Shown here piece after piece: positions 17,654 to 26,974 of a DNA stretch of 64,000 nucleotides. Origin of the DNA: Bacteroidota bacterium. Lineage in GTDB: Bacteria > Bacteroidota > Bacteroidia > Chitinophagales > LD1. The translations under genes were made by a program, and so were the position numbers. Each line of letters begins with the position of its first letter. The first letter of the stretch is position 1. The stretch covers positions 7,222 to 71,221 of the forward strand of contig JAOQAO010000074.1 of assembly GCA_025963485.1 (NCBI GenBank), read 5' to 3'. Below the pieces are notes generated by a model. The model was not told the DNA's origin and did no database searches. It saw nothing but the letters and a program-made list of their open reading frames with translations.

Positions 17654-17690
17654 AACCGCAAAGAACGCAAAGGATGGAGAGAATACAAAG
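17654..17690 (+). repeat. Low-complexity tract (AACCGCAAAGAACGCAAAGG) plus GAGAATACAAAG box
   Basis: It lies in the divergent intergenic region upstream of trmH-like and has the same box as at 2654, 7652, 8761 and 12241. Confidence 0.5.
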
Positions 17691-17769
17691 TGTACAATAT
17701 AAAAATCACCATTTATGGGTATTGATTCAGATAAATACTTTTTGTTAGTTCGTATACTAAATAATACTT

Positions 17770-18420
17770 ATGGAGAAGCTTAATGAGTATTTTACAGAGA
17801 GAAATGTTCTGACAATATTTTTTCCTGGATTTATCGCTATTTACCCTTTGATTTTAGCATTTATCAATCACATATCCTCACTAAAAATACCAGAGGGTCT
17901 TCCTAAAGGAGAAGCCTTCCTCTCTACGATTAGCGTAGTTATATTTCTAATTATTTTCGTGATTGTGTATGGAGTCGGATATTTTATAAAGAGAATTGCG
18001 ATAAGAATCCTAGAGACAAAATGGGATCATTATATAATTAAAAATTACGTGGCAATAAACCAAGACTTGGTAGAGCTAAACAACTTACCTTTTGGCCAAA
18101 ATTGGTATCAGTATTTATCAAAAAAATTCGGAACAGGTAATACTCCAATTATGATTAGCTTTTATAGCAATCTTCTAAATAGCTATCACTTTGAGCTTTC
18201 ATGTATACTATCAATTTGTCTTCAGTGTATTCTAATGTGGATACTTGATGGTGATCATAAATATTATCATCTTTTCAACCTCTACAACAAAATAATAATA
18301 ACCGCGATAAGTATTGGCATGGTTATTTGGTTGATTATCCAATCAAAAGGAACATCAATAGAGCTTTTCAACTTAAGAAGTAAAATAGCCTTATTGGATG
18401 ATACTCCCGATGTTGCGTAG
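17770..18420 (+). CDS. Hypothetical 4-TM membrane protein (orphan, strongly A+T-rich)
   Basis: 216-aa ORF with hydrophobic helices (FFPGFIAIYPLILAFI; ISVVIFLIIFVIVYGVGYFI; SCILSICLQCILMWIL; IIITAISIGMVIWLII). I recognise no motif. Confidence 0.55.
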   Translation: MEKLNEYFTERNVLTIFFPGFIAIYPLILAFINHISSLKIPEGLPKGEAFLSTISVVIFLIIFVIVYGVGYFIKRIAIRILETKWDHYIIKNYVAINQDLVELNNLPFGQNWYQYLSKKFGTGNTPIMISFYSNLLNSYHFELSCILSICLQCILMWILDGDHKYYHLFNLYNKIIITAISIGMVIWLIIQSKGTSIELFNLRSKIALLDDTPDVA

Positions 18421-18423
18421 TCG

Positions 18424-18448
18424 CTTTTTTACTTTCTCATTATGTTTT
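18424..18448 (+). repeat. Direct repeat copy A (CTTTTTTACTTTC-TC-ATTATGTTTT)
   Basis: It starts 4 nt after the stop at 18420 and matches 19161-19187. Confidence 0.6.
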
Positions 18449-18527
18449 CTTCTGATTTGCTATTAATCATTGTTTCATATGACCTGAGTCATAAAAAAGC
18501 GATTGGGTTAAGGTGTATTTTGCCGGC

Positions 18528-19154
18528 ATGAAACTACTCTTACTATACGGCAGTACGGATGGGCAAACTGATAAGATAGCGCGGCACATCAAATCGGAAG
18601 CTGAGAAGAGCGGTGTAGAAGTAAGCATATACAATGCTGCCGACAATCCTCCTGCGCCGAAGGGATTTGATGGGGTTATTATTGGGTCGTCTATACGGGA
18701 CCGGGCATTTCAGGCGAGGGTGGTGGCATACGTGCGTACTTATGTAAGCGAGCTTAATACCATTCCGTCCATCTTTTTTACGGTAAGCAGCGCGGCGATA
18801 GGCCTCCGAGAGCAAGGGCCAAAATCCTGGCGGCGCAAGGGGCTGACGGTGCTGGTAGATACCTTCCTGAAAGAGAGCGGCTGGAAGCCGCTATTGGTAG
18901 AACATATAGCCGGGGCGATCAAATTCACGAAATACTCATGGCAAACCAAGGCGGGCTTCTGGCTGATGGCCCTGTTCAGCGGATGGGACAGGGATACGAG
19001 CATCGACCATGAATACACGGATTGGGAAGCTGTAGATGCCTTCGTTAAGGTCGCCTACCAGCAGATAAAGACTCGTAATGAACAGATATCGTCAGCCAGG
19101 ACCTTCCGCGTCCCCTCAGACCTGCGCATGCATAGTTGTTATTTCTCCTGTTGA
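18528..19154 (+). CDS. Flavodoxin-like protein (HemG-type protoporphyrinogen oxidase-like)
   Basis: MKLLLLYGSTDGQTDKIARHI is a flavodoxin-like FMN-binding N-terminus as in HemG. The C-terminal extension is atypical. Confidence 0.65.
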   Translation: MKLLLLYGSTDGQTDKIARHIKSEAEKSGVEVSIYNAADNPPAPKGFDGVIIGSSIRDRAFQARVVAYVRTYVSELNTIPSIFFTVSSAAIGLREQGPKSWRRKGLTVLVDTFLKESGWKPLLVEHIAGAIKFTKYSWQTKAGFWLMALFSGWDRDTSIDHEYTDWEAVDAFVKVAYQQIKTRNEQISSARTFRVPSDLRMHSCYFSC

Positions 19155-19160
19155 TACTCA

Positions 19161-19187
19161 CTTTTTTACTTTCCCCTATTATGTTTT
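19161..19187 (+). repeat. Direct repeat copy B (CTTTTTTACTTTC-CCCT-ATTATGTTTT)
   Basis: It starts 7 nt after the stop at 19154. Confidence 0.6.
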
Positions 19188-19281
19188 AAGTTCGGCGGTG
19201 ATTTACCCCCACGCACTTTTGTATTAAAGCCCCCTTTAGGGGGTTTGGGGGTATTTGTCTAATGTCTAACGTCCATATCTA

Positions 19282-21909
19282 ATGTCTGTTCAAAAGACCT
19301 TTATCAAGAATGATGGCTCGGAGGTGGAGACACCGATGATGAAGCAGTACAATACCTTCAAGGCTAAATACCCTGATGCGATATTGCTGTTCCGGGTGGG
19401 GGATTTTTATGAGACATTCTCTAAGGATGCGGTGACGACTGCAGCGGTGCTGGGTATCACGCTGACCAAGCGCTCTAACGGCAAGGCTACAGAGGTGGAA
19501 CTCGCAGGCTTCCCGCATCACTCGCTGGATACCTATCTGCCGAAGCTGGTTCGCGCGGGATACAAGGTGGCGGTCTGCGACCAGCTCGAAGACCCTAAAC
19601 TCGCCAAGGGCATCGTGAAGCGCGGTGTGACCGAGATGGTGACGCCGGGCGTGGTGACGGGCGATAATATCCTGGATACAAAAGCGAATAACTTCCTCGC
19701 GTCGGTGTACTTTGACAAGGACCTGTATGGGGCGGCGTTTGTAGATATTTCTACGGGGGAGTTCCTGATCGCAGAGGGCAATTTCTCCTACATCGATAAG
19801 ATCATACAGAGCCTCGCGCCGTCGGAGATCCTGTATCCGCGGGCGCAGCAGAAGGCGTACATCGAGCGCTTTGGCTCCAAGATACCGGCCAACCGGATGG
19901 AGGACTGGGTCTATAGCCGCGAGCATGCCTATGACACCCTGCTGAAGTTGTTTGAAACGAACTCGCTGAAGGGCTTTGGTATAGAGCATGAGGAGCCGTC
20001 GATCATCGCCGCAGGTGCCGCGATACAATACCTGAAAGATACAGAGCACCACAACCTCGCGCATATCGCACGAATCACGCGTATCAGCGAGACGAGCTAT
20101 GTATGGCTGGACCGTTTCACGATACGCAACCTGGAGCTGGTCAGCAGCCCGCATCAGGGTGGCCGCACGCTGCTCGATATCCTCGACCGCACCGTGTCGC
20201 CGATGGGCGCGCGTATGCTGAAGCGCTGGATAGTGATGCCGCTGGTGGATATCAAGGCTATACAGGAGCGACTGGATGCCGTGGAGTATTATGTGAAAGG
20301 CGCAGCACAGGCAGATGAACTCAAGAAGAGCCTACGCTCTATGGGGGATATGGAGCGGCTGATCTCTAAAGTCTCCCTCGAGAAAGCCAACCCGCGTGAA
20401 ATATCGCAGCTCAAACGCGGACTGCTGGCACTCGAGCCTATCAAAGAAGCGCTCAGTAAGTCGGGACACGACAGCCTCGCGAAACTCTCTGACCGGATCA
20501 CGCTCCTCCCCCATCTGACCTCACGTATCGCTTATGTACTGCGCGACGATGCGGGCCCGATGATCAATAAGGGGAACTTCATCAACGATGGCGTAGACAA
20601 AGAGCTCGACGAACTGCGCGAGATCAAGAACAATGGCAAGCAATATATAGTCGGTATACAAGAAGCGGAAGTGCTCCGTACTGGCATCACTTCGCTGAAG
20701 ATCGGTTTCAATAATGTGTTCGGCTACTATCTCGAGGTGACGAATACGCATAAGAACAAAGTGCCTACGGAGTGGATACGCAAGCAGACGCTCGCGAACT
20801 GTGAGCGCTATATCACCGAGGAGCTGAAAGAGTATGAGCACAAGGTGCTTGGTGCCGAGGAAAAAATACAAGTATTGGAGGAGCGGCTATTTGCCGAGCT
20901 GGTGAAGTATGTGAAGGAATTTACGCTGGTGATACAGCAGAACGCGCAGGCCGCGGCATACCTGGACTGCCTGCTCTCTCTCGCGGAGGTCGCTGGCACC
21001 AATGGCTACACGAAGCCCGATGTCAACGACAGTCACATCATTCATATACAAGCAGGTCGCCATCCGGTGATAGAGCGACAGCTTGACGTGAGCGACAAGT
21101 ATGTGCCGAACGATGTCTATCTCGACGACACACAGCAGCAGATACTGATGATCACCGGACCCAATATGTCCGGTAAGTCGGCGCTGCTCCGCCAGACGGC
21201 ACTCATCGTGCTGATGTCGCAGATGGGCAGCTATATACCGGCGACGTCTGGGAGCATCGGTTTTGTCGATAAGATCTTTACCCGTGTAGGTGCGAGTGAC
21301 AACCTGAGTGCTGGTGAGTCGACCTTTATGGTGGAAATGAATGAGACCGCGGGGATCATGAATAACCTGAGCGCACGCTGCCTGATCCTGCTCGATGAGA
21401 TCGGGCGCGGTACCTCGACCTACGACGGTATCTCTATCGCCTGGTCGCTGGCGGAGTTCCTGCATAACTATCCGCGCGCGCATCCGAGGACGCTCTTCGC
21501 TACGCACTATCATGAGCTGAATGAACTCGCCGATAAATACGAGCGCATCAAGAACTACCACGTATCGACTAAGGAGGTGGGCAATAAGGTCATCTTCCTT
21601 CGCAAGCTGGTGCCGGGCGGGTCTGAGCATAGCTTCGGCATCCACGTCGCGCGCATGGCTGGCATGCCACGACTGATCGTGGACCGGGCCAATGAGATAC
21701 TACTCGAGCTCGAAAGCAAGCGCGTACAGACCGATATCAAAGATACTGTGAAAGGCATGCGCACCCAAGCCATGCAGATGAGCATCTTTGACATGAGCGA
21801 CCCGAAACTCAAGGAGGTCGCTGCTGCTATTGAGAAGCTGGAGATCAACGCCCTCACTCCTATCGAGGCGCTGATGAAACTGGCGGAACTAAAGAAGATG
21901 CTGGAGTAG
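19282..21909 (+). CDS. mutS: DNA mismatch repair protein MutS
   Basis: 875 aa with TPMMKQYNTFKAKYPDAILLFRVGDFYE, Walker A GPNMSGKS and the TFMVEMNETA motif. Confidence 0.95.
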   Translation: MSVQKTFIKNDGSEVETPMMKQYNTFKAKYPDAILLFRVGDFYETFSKDAVTTAAVLGITLTKRSNGKATEVELAGFPHHSLDTYLPKLVRAGYKVAVCDQLEDPKLAKGIVKRGVTEMVTPGVVTGDNILDTKANNFLASVYFDKDLYGAAFVDISTGEFLIAEGNFSYIDKIIQSLAPSEILYPRAQQKAYIERFGSKIPANRMEDWVYSREHAYDTLLKLFETNSLKGFGIEHEEPSIIAAGAAIQYLKDTEHHNLAHIARITRISETSYVWLDRFTIRNLELVSSPHQGGRTLLDILDRTVSPMGARMLKRWIVMPLVDIKAIQERLDAVEYYVKGAAQADELKKSLRSMGDMERLISKVSLEKANPREISQLKRGLLALEPIKEALSKSGHDSLAKLSDRITLLPHLTSRIAYVLRDDAGPMINKGNFINDGVDKELDELREIKNNGKQYIVGIQEAEVLRTGITSLKIGFNNVFGYYLEVTNTHKNKVPTEWIRKQTLANCERYITEELKEYEHKVLGAEEKIQVLEERLFAELVKYVKEFTLVIQQNAQAAAYLDCLLSLAEVAGTNGYTKPDVNDSHIIHIQAGRHPVIERQLDVSDKYVPNDVYLDDTQQQILMITGPNMSGKSALLRQTALIVLMSQMGSYIPATSGSIGFVDKIFTRVGASDNLSAGESTFMVEMNETAGIMNNLSARCLILLDEIGRGTSTYDGISIAWSLAEFLHNYPRAHPRTLFATHYHELNELADKYERIKNYHVSTKEVGNKVIFLRKLVPGGSEHSFGIHVARMAGMPRLIVDRANEILLELESKRVQTDIKDTVKGMRTQAMQMSIFDMSDPKLKEVAAAIEKLEINALTPIEALMKLAELKKMLE

Positions 21910-22004
21910 GTTTGGGCAAGGACGCCTGAACCGATAAATTTTCAACTTAAAGTATTTCCAATAAAGCTTTATACTTGCGCCATTCTTTATCTAATCTTAC
22001 AACT

Positions 22005-22616
22005 ATGAGAACTATTTACTTCCTTTTTCTTGCTTTTATTTGCACCAATACATACGGACAATCTGCTACGGTCTATCCTAACAGCGGAGCCCGGGGCCAA
22101 TCTATGAGCTGCACCGTGACGCTGAGCGGTATGACTGCAGATGTCACACACTCGTATGATGTGATGCTCAAAGATGCACCGACAAATGGCATGCAAAACA
22201 CGATATATGCTACAGCCTCGGTGGCATCTAATATAATGACCATCCACTTCTCAATATCGAGCATTGAATTAATGGGATCGTATGATGTAATCATAAGAGA
22301 TTTCAGTGCGGGTACGACCGCCACCGGGTATTCAGCTTTCCGAGTGGTCAGTCCAAGCGGGCTGAACAATATTGCATTGAATGAACTTCATGCTTATCCT
22401 AATCCTGCAAAAGAACGCCTATACATCGAAGCGGGCGTGCAGCCGAAAATGAAGGAGATAATCCTGACCACTCTGGATGGAGCAGTGGTCCTAAATGAAT
22501 CATCTGCTGATATAGCCAAAGTGCTGGATATACATGGAATCACTGCAGGTGTATACATCCTGACTGCCATCGATCAGGATGGGACAAAGAGCAGCAAAAA
22601 AATCGTGGTAGAATAA
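22005..22616 (+). CDS. Secreted protein with a T9SS C-terminal sorting domain
   Basis: Signal peptide MRTIYFLFLAFICTNTYGQ. The C-terminus LHAYPNPAKERLYIE...GVYILTAIDQDGTKSSKKIVVE is a type-A CTD pattern. Confidence 0.75.
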   Translation: MRTIYFLFLAFICTNTYGQSATVYPNSGARGQSMSCTVTLSGMTADVTHSYDVMLKDAPTNGMQNTIYATASVASNIMTIHFSISSIELMGSYDVIIRDFSAGTTATGYSAFRVVSPSGLNNIALNELHAYPNPAKERLYIEAGVQPKMKEIILTTLDGAVVLNESSADIAKVLDIHGITAGVYILTAIDQDGTKSSKKIVVE

Positions 22617-22667
22617 TCAGGTTCGATAAAGGTGCGGAGCTATCCGGCTTATTTTTTGCTATGTTTG

Positions 22668-22693
22668 CGCGATGGCCGGATGAGGCCATCGCG
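22668..22693 (+). promoter_or_regulatory. 10-bp-stem hairpin in the mgtE leader
   Basis: CGCGATGGCC-GGATGA-GGCCATCGCG lies 26 nt upstream of the mgtE ATG. Its function is unknown. Confidence 0.3.
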
Positions 22694-22718
22694 GATATTT
22701 GAGTTTACTAACTATGAT

Positions 22719-24059
22719 ATGGCAGAAGATATGGAGCCGCAAACAGATATAGAAGTAGCAATACATCCCTCGGATATAGCCAATGAGATCGCCGGGTTGC
22801 ATGATAAAGATAAGGCGGTGGCCTTCCTCAAACTGCCCGCTGAAAGCAAGTCAGTAGTTTTCTCGTACCTGTCGCGCCCGGACCAGGATCACATCCTGAA
22901 GGAACTCGGCACGAAGGAGATATCAGATGTACTCAATGCCATGACCCCGGATGACCGGACGAAGATGCTGGAGCACTTCCCCGATCACCTGATCAAGAAG
23001 ATGATCCTGCTGCTCTCTGATGAGGAGCGCAATGTGGCCGTCACGCTGCTGGGCTACCCGCCGCAGAGTGTAGGGCGTATCATGACACCGCACTATATAC
23101 AGGCGCGGAAAGAGCAGTCCGTGGCTGAAGTACTCAGGCACATCAAGACCCATGGCAAGAAAGCAGAAACCCTCAACACGATCTACGTAATAGATGAAGA
23201 GAAAAAACTCATAGACGATATACAGATAGGAGTCTTCCTCATGGCGGATGAGCAGACTAAGGTCGAGGAACTGATGGACTGGAACTTCGTATGCCTGCAA
23301 AGCGCGATGGATAAGGACGAAGCAGTAGCTGTCTTTGAGAAGTATGACCGCAATGCGCTGCCCGTCGTAACAGAAAAAGGCATATTGGTGGGTATCGTGA
23401 CCATAGATGATATAGTAGATGTGATCGAGCGAAGGTCGACCAAGAACATACAGAAATTCGGGGGTCTCGAAGCGCTGGACTATCCGTATATCAATACACC
23501 CTTCTTTTCGCTTATTTATAAACGCGCGGGCTGGCTGGTGGTTCTCTTTATCGGAGAGATGTTCACTGCTACAGCCATGGGCTATTTCGACGTGGAGATA
23601 TCCAAGGCAGTGGTGCTGGCGCTATTCATCCCGCTGATCATATCCAGTGGAGGCAATAGCGGTTCGCAGGCAGCGACACTGATCATCCGCGCCATGTCGC
23701 TGAAAGAGCTTACCGTAAAAGACTGGTGGTATGTGATGCGCAGGGAAGTGCTGTCGGGCCTCACACTGGGTTTGATACTGGGCACTATAGGATTCATACG
23801 CATCATACTCTGGCAGAAGCTGGGATGGTATAACTATACAGAGCACTACGTCCTCGTCGCTACCACGATCTTCTGCTCGCTGATAGGGATTGTCATGTGG
23901 GGTACGCTGTCGGGCTCTATGATACCCATCGTACTCAAAAAGGCAGGTATTGATCCCGCTACCTCTTCTGCACCGCTGGTGGCTACGCTCGTGGATGTGA
24001 CGGGGCTTATTATATACTTTAGTATCGCAGCGATACTGCTGAAGGGGACGCTGCTATAA
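22719..24059 (+). CDS. mgtE: Magnesium transporter MgtE
   Basis: N-domain, tandem CBS domains and a 5-TM C-terminus (PLIISSGGNSGSQAATLIIR; APLVATLVDVTGLIIYF). Start chosen at MAEDMEPQ. Confidence 0.9.
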   Translation: MAEDMEPQTDIEVAIHPSDIANEIAGLHDKDKAVAFLKLPAESKSVVFSYLSRPDQDHILKELGTKEISDVLNAMTPDDRTKMLEHFPDHLIKKMILLLSDEERNVAVTLLGYPPQSVGRIMTPHYIQARKEQSVAEVLRHIKTHGKKAETLNTIYVIDEEKKLIDDIQIGVFLMADEQTKVEELMDWNFVCLQSAMDKDEAVAVFEKYDRNALPVVTEKGILVGIVTIDDIVDVIERRSTKNIQKFGGLEALDYPYINTPFFSLIYKRAGWLVVLFIGEMFTATAMGYFDVEISKAVVLALFIPLIISSGGNSGSQAATLIIRAMSLKELTVKDWWYVMRREVLSGLTLGLILGTIGFIRIILWQKLGWYNYTEHYVLVATTIFCSLIGIVMWGTLSGSMIPIVLKKAGIDPATSSAPLVATLVDVTGLIIYFSIAAILLKGTLL

Positions 24060-24089
24060 TAGCGATCGAGAGTCAGGATTAAATGTGCC

Positions 24090-25205
24090 TTACTTACAGT
24101 ATTTATCCAATAGTACCTGCGCCTCCGTCCTGCCGAGTTCCAGCGCTTTGTGCAGATCATCGCAGCCACCGCCATTCTGCTTCATGCGGATATTGGTGAG
24201 TGCGCGGTCATAATAGGCATAGGAATAGGCCGGTTCGATCTTTATAGCTGCGCCAAAATCAGCCAAAGCTCCGCGCAGGTCTTTGAGCATAGCTTTGGAC
24301 CTGCCGCGTGCACAGTAGTCGCTCGCACTCTCCGGATCGAAATGTATGGCCAGGGTATAATCCGCTATAGCTCCCAGATGGTCACCGAGGCTGTCTTTTG
24401 CATTGCCCCTGTTGTGATAGGCTATATGCTCAGTGGAGTCCAGCGCAAGGGCAGCATTGCAATCGGCTATAGATCCGCGATAGTCACCCATACGGTGGCG
24501 GCAGTCGCTGCGATCTATATAGGCTGCGACAAATGCCGGATCGAGCGACAAGGCTGCATCAAAGTCTGCTATGGCCCGCCTATAGGCTCCTGTGCTGGTT
24601 AGCGCGCCGCCACGTTCGGCGAGCAGAGATGCAGAGGGCCCGAGAAGGTTGAGCGCCTGGTCGAAATCGCTAACAGCTGAGACATGGAGATCAAGATAGT
24701 GGTCTTTGATCCGGCCCCTGTAGGTATACACCAGGCCAGGCTGCGGATGATAGAGCAGTGCACTATCCAGATCCTGGAGCGCTGCCGTGTATCTTTTGAG
24801 GTGCATCCGGGAAATAGCCCTATTGAGCAGCGCGGGCGGATAGGTGGGATGAAACATCAGCGCGGTATCGAAATCAGTAATAGCGCCACGATAGTTCCTC
24901 ATCTCATAGCGCGCCAGGCCGCGGTCTGCATAGGGCAAATAGTACAGCCGGTCGATATCGATGGCCTGGTCAAAATCTGCTATCGCACCTGTGTAGTCCT
25001 GAATGAGTAAACGACTAGCACCGCGCCCGACATACGCATTGATATTGTTGTGATCCAGAGCGATGGATTTAGTGTAGTTCTTTATCGCGGCATCATAGAG
25101 GCCTTTCCTGGTGTTCTCCTTGCCTATGTTGTAAAAGTCTTCTGCGGTCTGTGCGTGACTGGCAATAGACAATAGGATCAATATTAAAAGCACAAATATT
25201 CTCAT
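24090..25205 (-). CDS. Secreted TPR-repeat protein
   Basis: Signal peptide MRIFVLLILILLSIASHAQ followed by about 9 34-aa repeats (..AIADFDQAIDID.., ..AITDFDTALMFHP..). Confidence 0.8.
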   Translation of the reverse strand: MRIFVLLILILLSIASHAQTAEDFYNIGKENTRKGLYDAAIKNYTKSIALDHNNINAYVGRGASRLLIQDYTGAIADFDQAIDIDRLYYLPYADRGLARYEMRNYRGAITDFDTALMFHPTYPPALLNRAISRMHLKRYTAALQDLDSALLYHPQPGLVYTYRGRIKDHYLDLHVSAVSDFDQALNLLGPSASLLAERGGALTSTGAYRRAIADFDAALSLDPAFVAAYIDRSDCRHRMGDYRGSIADCNAALALDSTEHIAYHNRGNAKDSLGDHLGAIADYTLAIHFDPESASDYCARGRSKAMLKDLRGALADFGAAIKIEPAYSYAYYDRALTNIRMKQNGGGCDDLHKALELGRTEAQVLLDKYCK

Positions 25206-25444
25206 GCGCTAAAAGTATAAAAAGGGTTTAAGCCAAGGCAGATCAATCGGTAACGGATATTCGGAACTTTGAGCCTGGGATTCTTTGCATCCTATTTTGC
25301 AGCCCACGGATTTAAAGCATAGACTATAGGCCATCATGGGGAAATTATGTTTTCACCTTTTATCCAACAGTATGTAAATGAGTGCTTTGGAAGCGACGCT
25401 ACAATACGGAACCATATTTGCTAAGGGATATCTTAAAACGCCTT

Positions 25445-26383
25445 ATGCCATTGAAAGATATAAACCCGAGACACTGGATGATGTTGTATTGGCATGTATT
25501 TACCAATAGTTTTAAGCTTTTCAAAAATCATGATACACTGACACTTGGCGCAGCCCTATCCTACTATACCGGATTCTCCCTGGTACCCATACTCATCATC
25601 GTGGTGTCGGTGACGGGATCTATCTTCGGCCCGGAGGCGGTACAAGGCGAGATCAAAAGGCAGCTCATGCATATTATGGCTGCCGGACCAGCGCAGCAGA
25701 TGGAGGATATCATCAAGGGAGCCTATCAGCCGGGCCATAACAAAATCGCGACGATCATCGCGGTAGTACTCCTGGTGATCGGTTCCACGAGTGTCTTCAT
25801 ACAGCTCCGGACATCTCTCAACGCGATCTGGTGCGTAAAAGATGTGGCAAAAAAACCTATCCTAAAGTTCTTTATAGACAGGCTTTTCTCCTTTGCTATG
25901 ATCGCATGCCTGATCTTCCTGCTGCTCACCTCGCTGTCGATACATGCAGGGCTCGCCGCTTTTGCCAACTACCTGAACCGGCATAATCCCAACATCTCCA
26001 CCACTGTCCTGGAAATCACAGATATCATCACCACCTATTTGCTGACGAGCATACTCTTTGCGATCGTATATAAGTATATGTCCGATGCGAAGCTGAAATG
26101 GAGCAGCGTATGGCCCGGAGCATTTTTTACGGCGGTGCTTTTTGCCCTGGGCAAATTCCTGATAGGACTATACCTCAGCACCGGCTATATCGTCAACACA
26201 TATGGCGCTGCGGCCTCTGTAGTGCTGATTTATACCTGGGTTTTTTACTCATCGCAGGTATTCTTTTTCGGAGCAGAGTTCACGCATGCGCTGTCGCGCG
26301 AAAAGGGCAAGCTACTGGATCCGGTACGCATAGATAAAAAATCGGACAAGGGAATAGAACCGCTAAAGGAGAAGGCCGCATGA
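25445..26383 (+). CDS. YihY/BrkB-family membrane protein
   Basis: LTLGAALSYYTGFSLVPILIIV... with 6 TM helices. The start is ambiguous (GTG 25382 or ATG 25445). Confidence 0.7.
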   Translation: MPLKDINPRHWMMLYWHVFTNSFKLFKNHDTLTLGAALSYYTGFSLVPILIIVVSVTGSIFGPEAVQGEIKRQLMHIMAAGPAQQMEDIIKGAYQPGHNKIATIIAVVLLVIGSTSVFIQLRTSLNAIWCVKDVAKKPILKFFIDRLFSFAMIACLIFLLLTSLSIHAGLAAFANYLNRHNPNISTTVLEITDIITTYLLTSILFAIVYKYMSDAKLKWSSVWPGAFFTAVLFALGKFLIGLYLSTGYIVNTYGAAASVVLIYTWVFYSSQVFFFGAEFTHALSREKGKLLDPVRIDKKSDKGIEPLKEKAA

Positions 26384-26420
26384 GAGGGAGAACATAGCAC
26401 CAGTAGATTCGGATGTTTAA

Positions 26421-26458
26421 AATAAAAAAGCCCGCCTGCGCCCATGCACAAGCGGACT
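26421..26458 (-). terminator. Candidate intrinsic terminator of the arsR-SRPBCC operon
   Basis: The minus-strand RNA reads AAGUCCGC...GCGGGCUUUUUUAUU, a stem followed by a U6 tract, 22 nt after the stop. Confidence 0.5.
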
Positions 26459-26479
26459 TTGATAGAAGAAGTTTGAGAA

Positions 26480-26974
26480 TTACTTCTGCAGCAACTCGTC
26501 CAGATTGCCATGAGCCATAGTGAAGCCTTCCTGAAAGCCCATTTCGATGAGTTTGTTCATATCGGCTTCTGATGCGAAGCTCATGGTGACAGTAACTTTG
26601 GTGCCAGCAGCAGATGGTTCGAATACAACATGCCAGTGCGTGCTGGGAAAGTCGGTGTTTATATTCCCCTGTTCGTCACAGAAGGCATCGGTCACATCGT
26701 AGCTTTTCCCGGGATCGATGGCCTGATAATTGAACAAAGCATACATCGGTACATTATCGGGCCCTACCATGGAGTAGAGCCAGGTACCGCCTACGCTAAA
26801 GTCCTGCGACTTGGTGACTATTTTGTATGGCTTGGGCGCCCACCACTGATCGAGGAGAGAGTATTGTGTCCATGCGGCCCATACTTTGGCGACGGGTGCG
26901 GCGAACTCCCTGACCACGATGATCTTCTTATTGGCCGCATCTTTTGATAGCTGGGTTTTGAAAATGCTTGTCAT
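26480..26974 (-). CDS. SRPBCC-fold protein (AHSA1/Aha1-like)
   Basis: [36 protein letters not shown]...LDQWWAPKP is the typical family N-terminus. ATGA overlap with the upstream arsR-type gene. Confidence 0.8.
   Translation of the reverse strand: MTSIFKTQLSKDAANKKIIVVREFAAPVAKVWAAWTQYSLLDQWWAPKPYKIVTKSQDFSVGGTWLYSMVGPDNVPMYALFNYQAIDPGKSYDVTDAFCDEQGNINTDFPSTHWHVVFEPSAAGTKVTVTMSFASEADMNKLIEMGFQEGFTMAHGNLDELLQK

Noticed and set aside
19279-21645. Long antisense ORFs inside mutS (19279..20154, 291 aa; 20887..21645, 252 aa)
   Set aside because: They lie entirely opposite a very confident mutS frame in a G+C-rich stretch where stop codons are rare. The translations are Arg/His/Leu-rich with no recognisable motif.
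24090-25205. Strong ~102-nt periodicity in the sequence
   Set aside because: It is explained by about nine 34-aa TPR repeats of a secreted TPR protein, not by a DNA-level repeat array.
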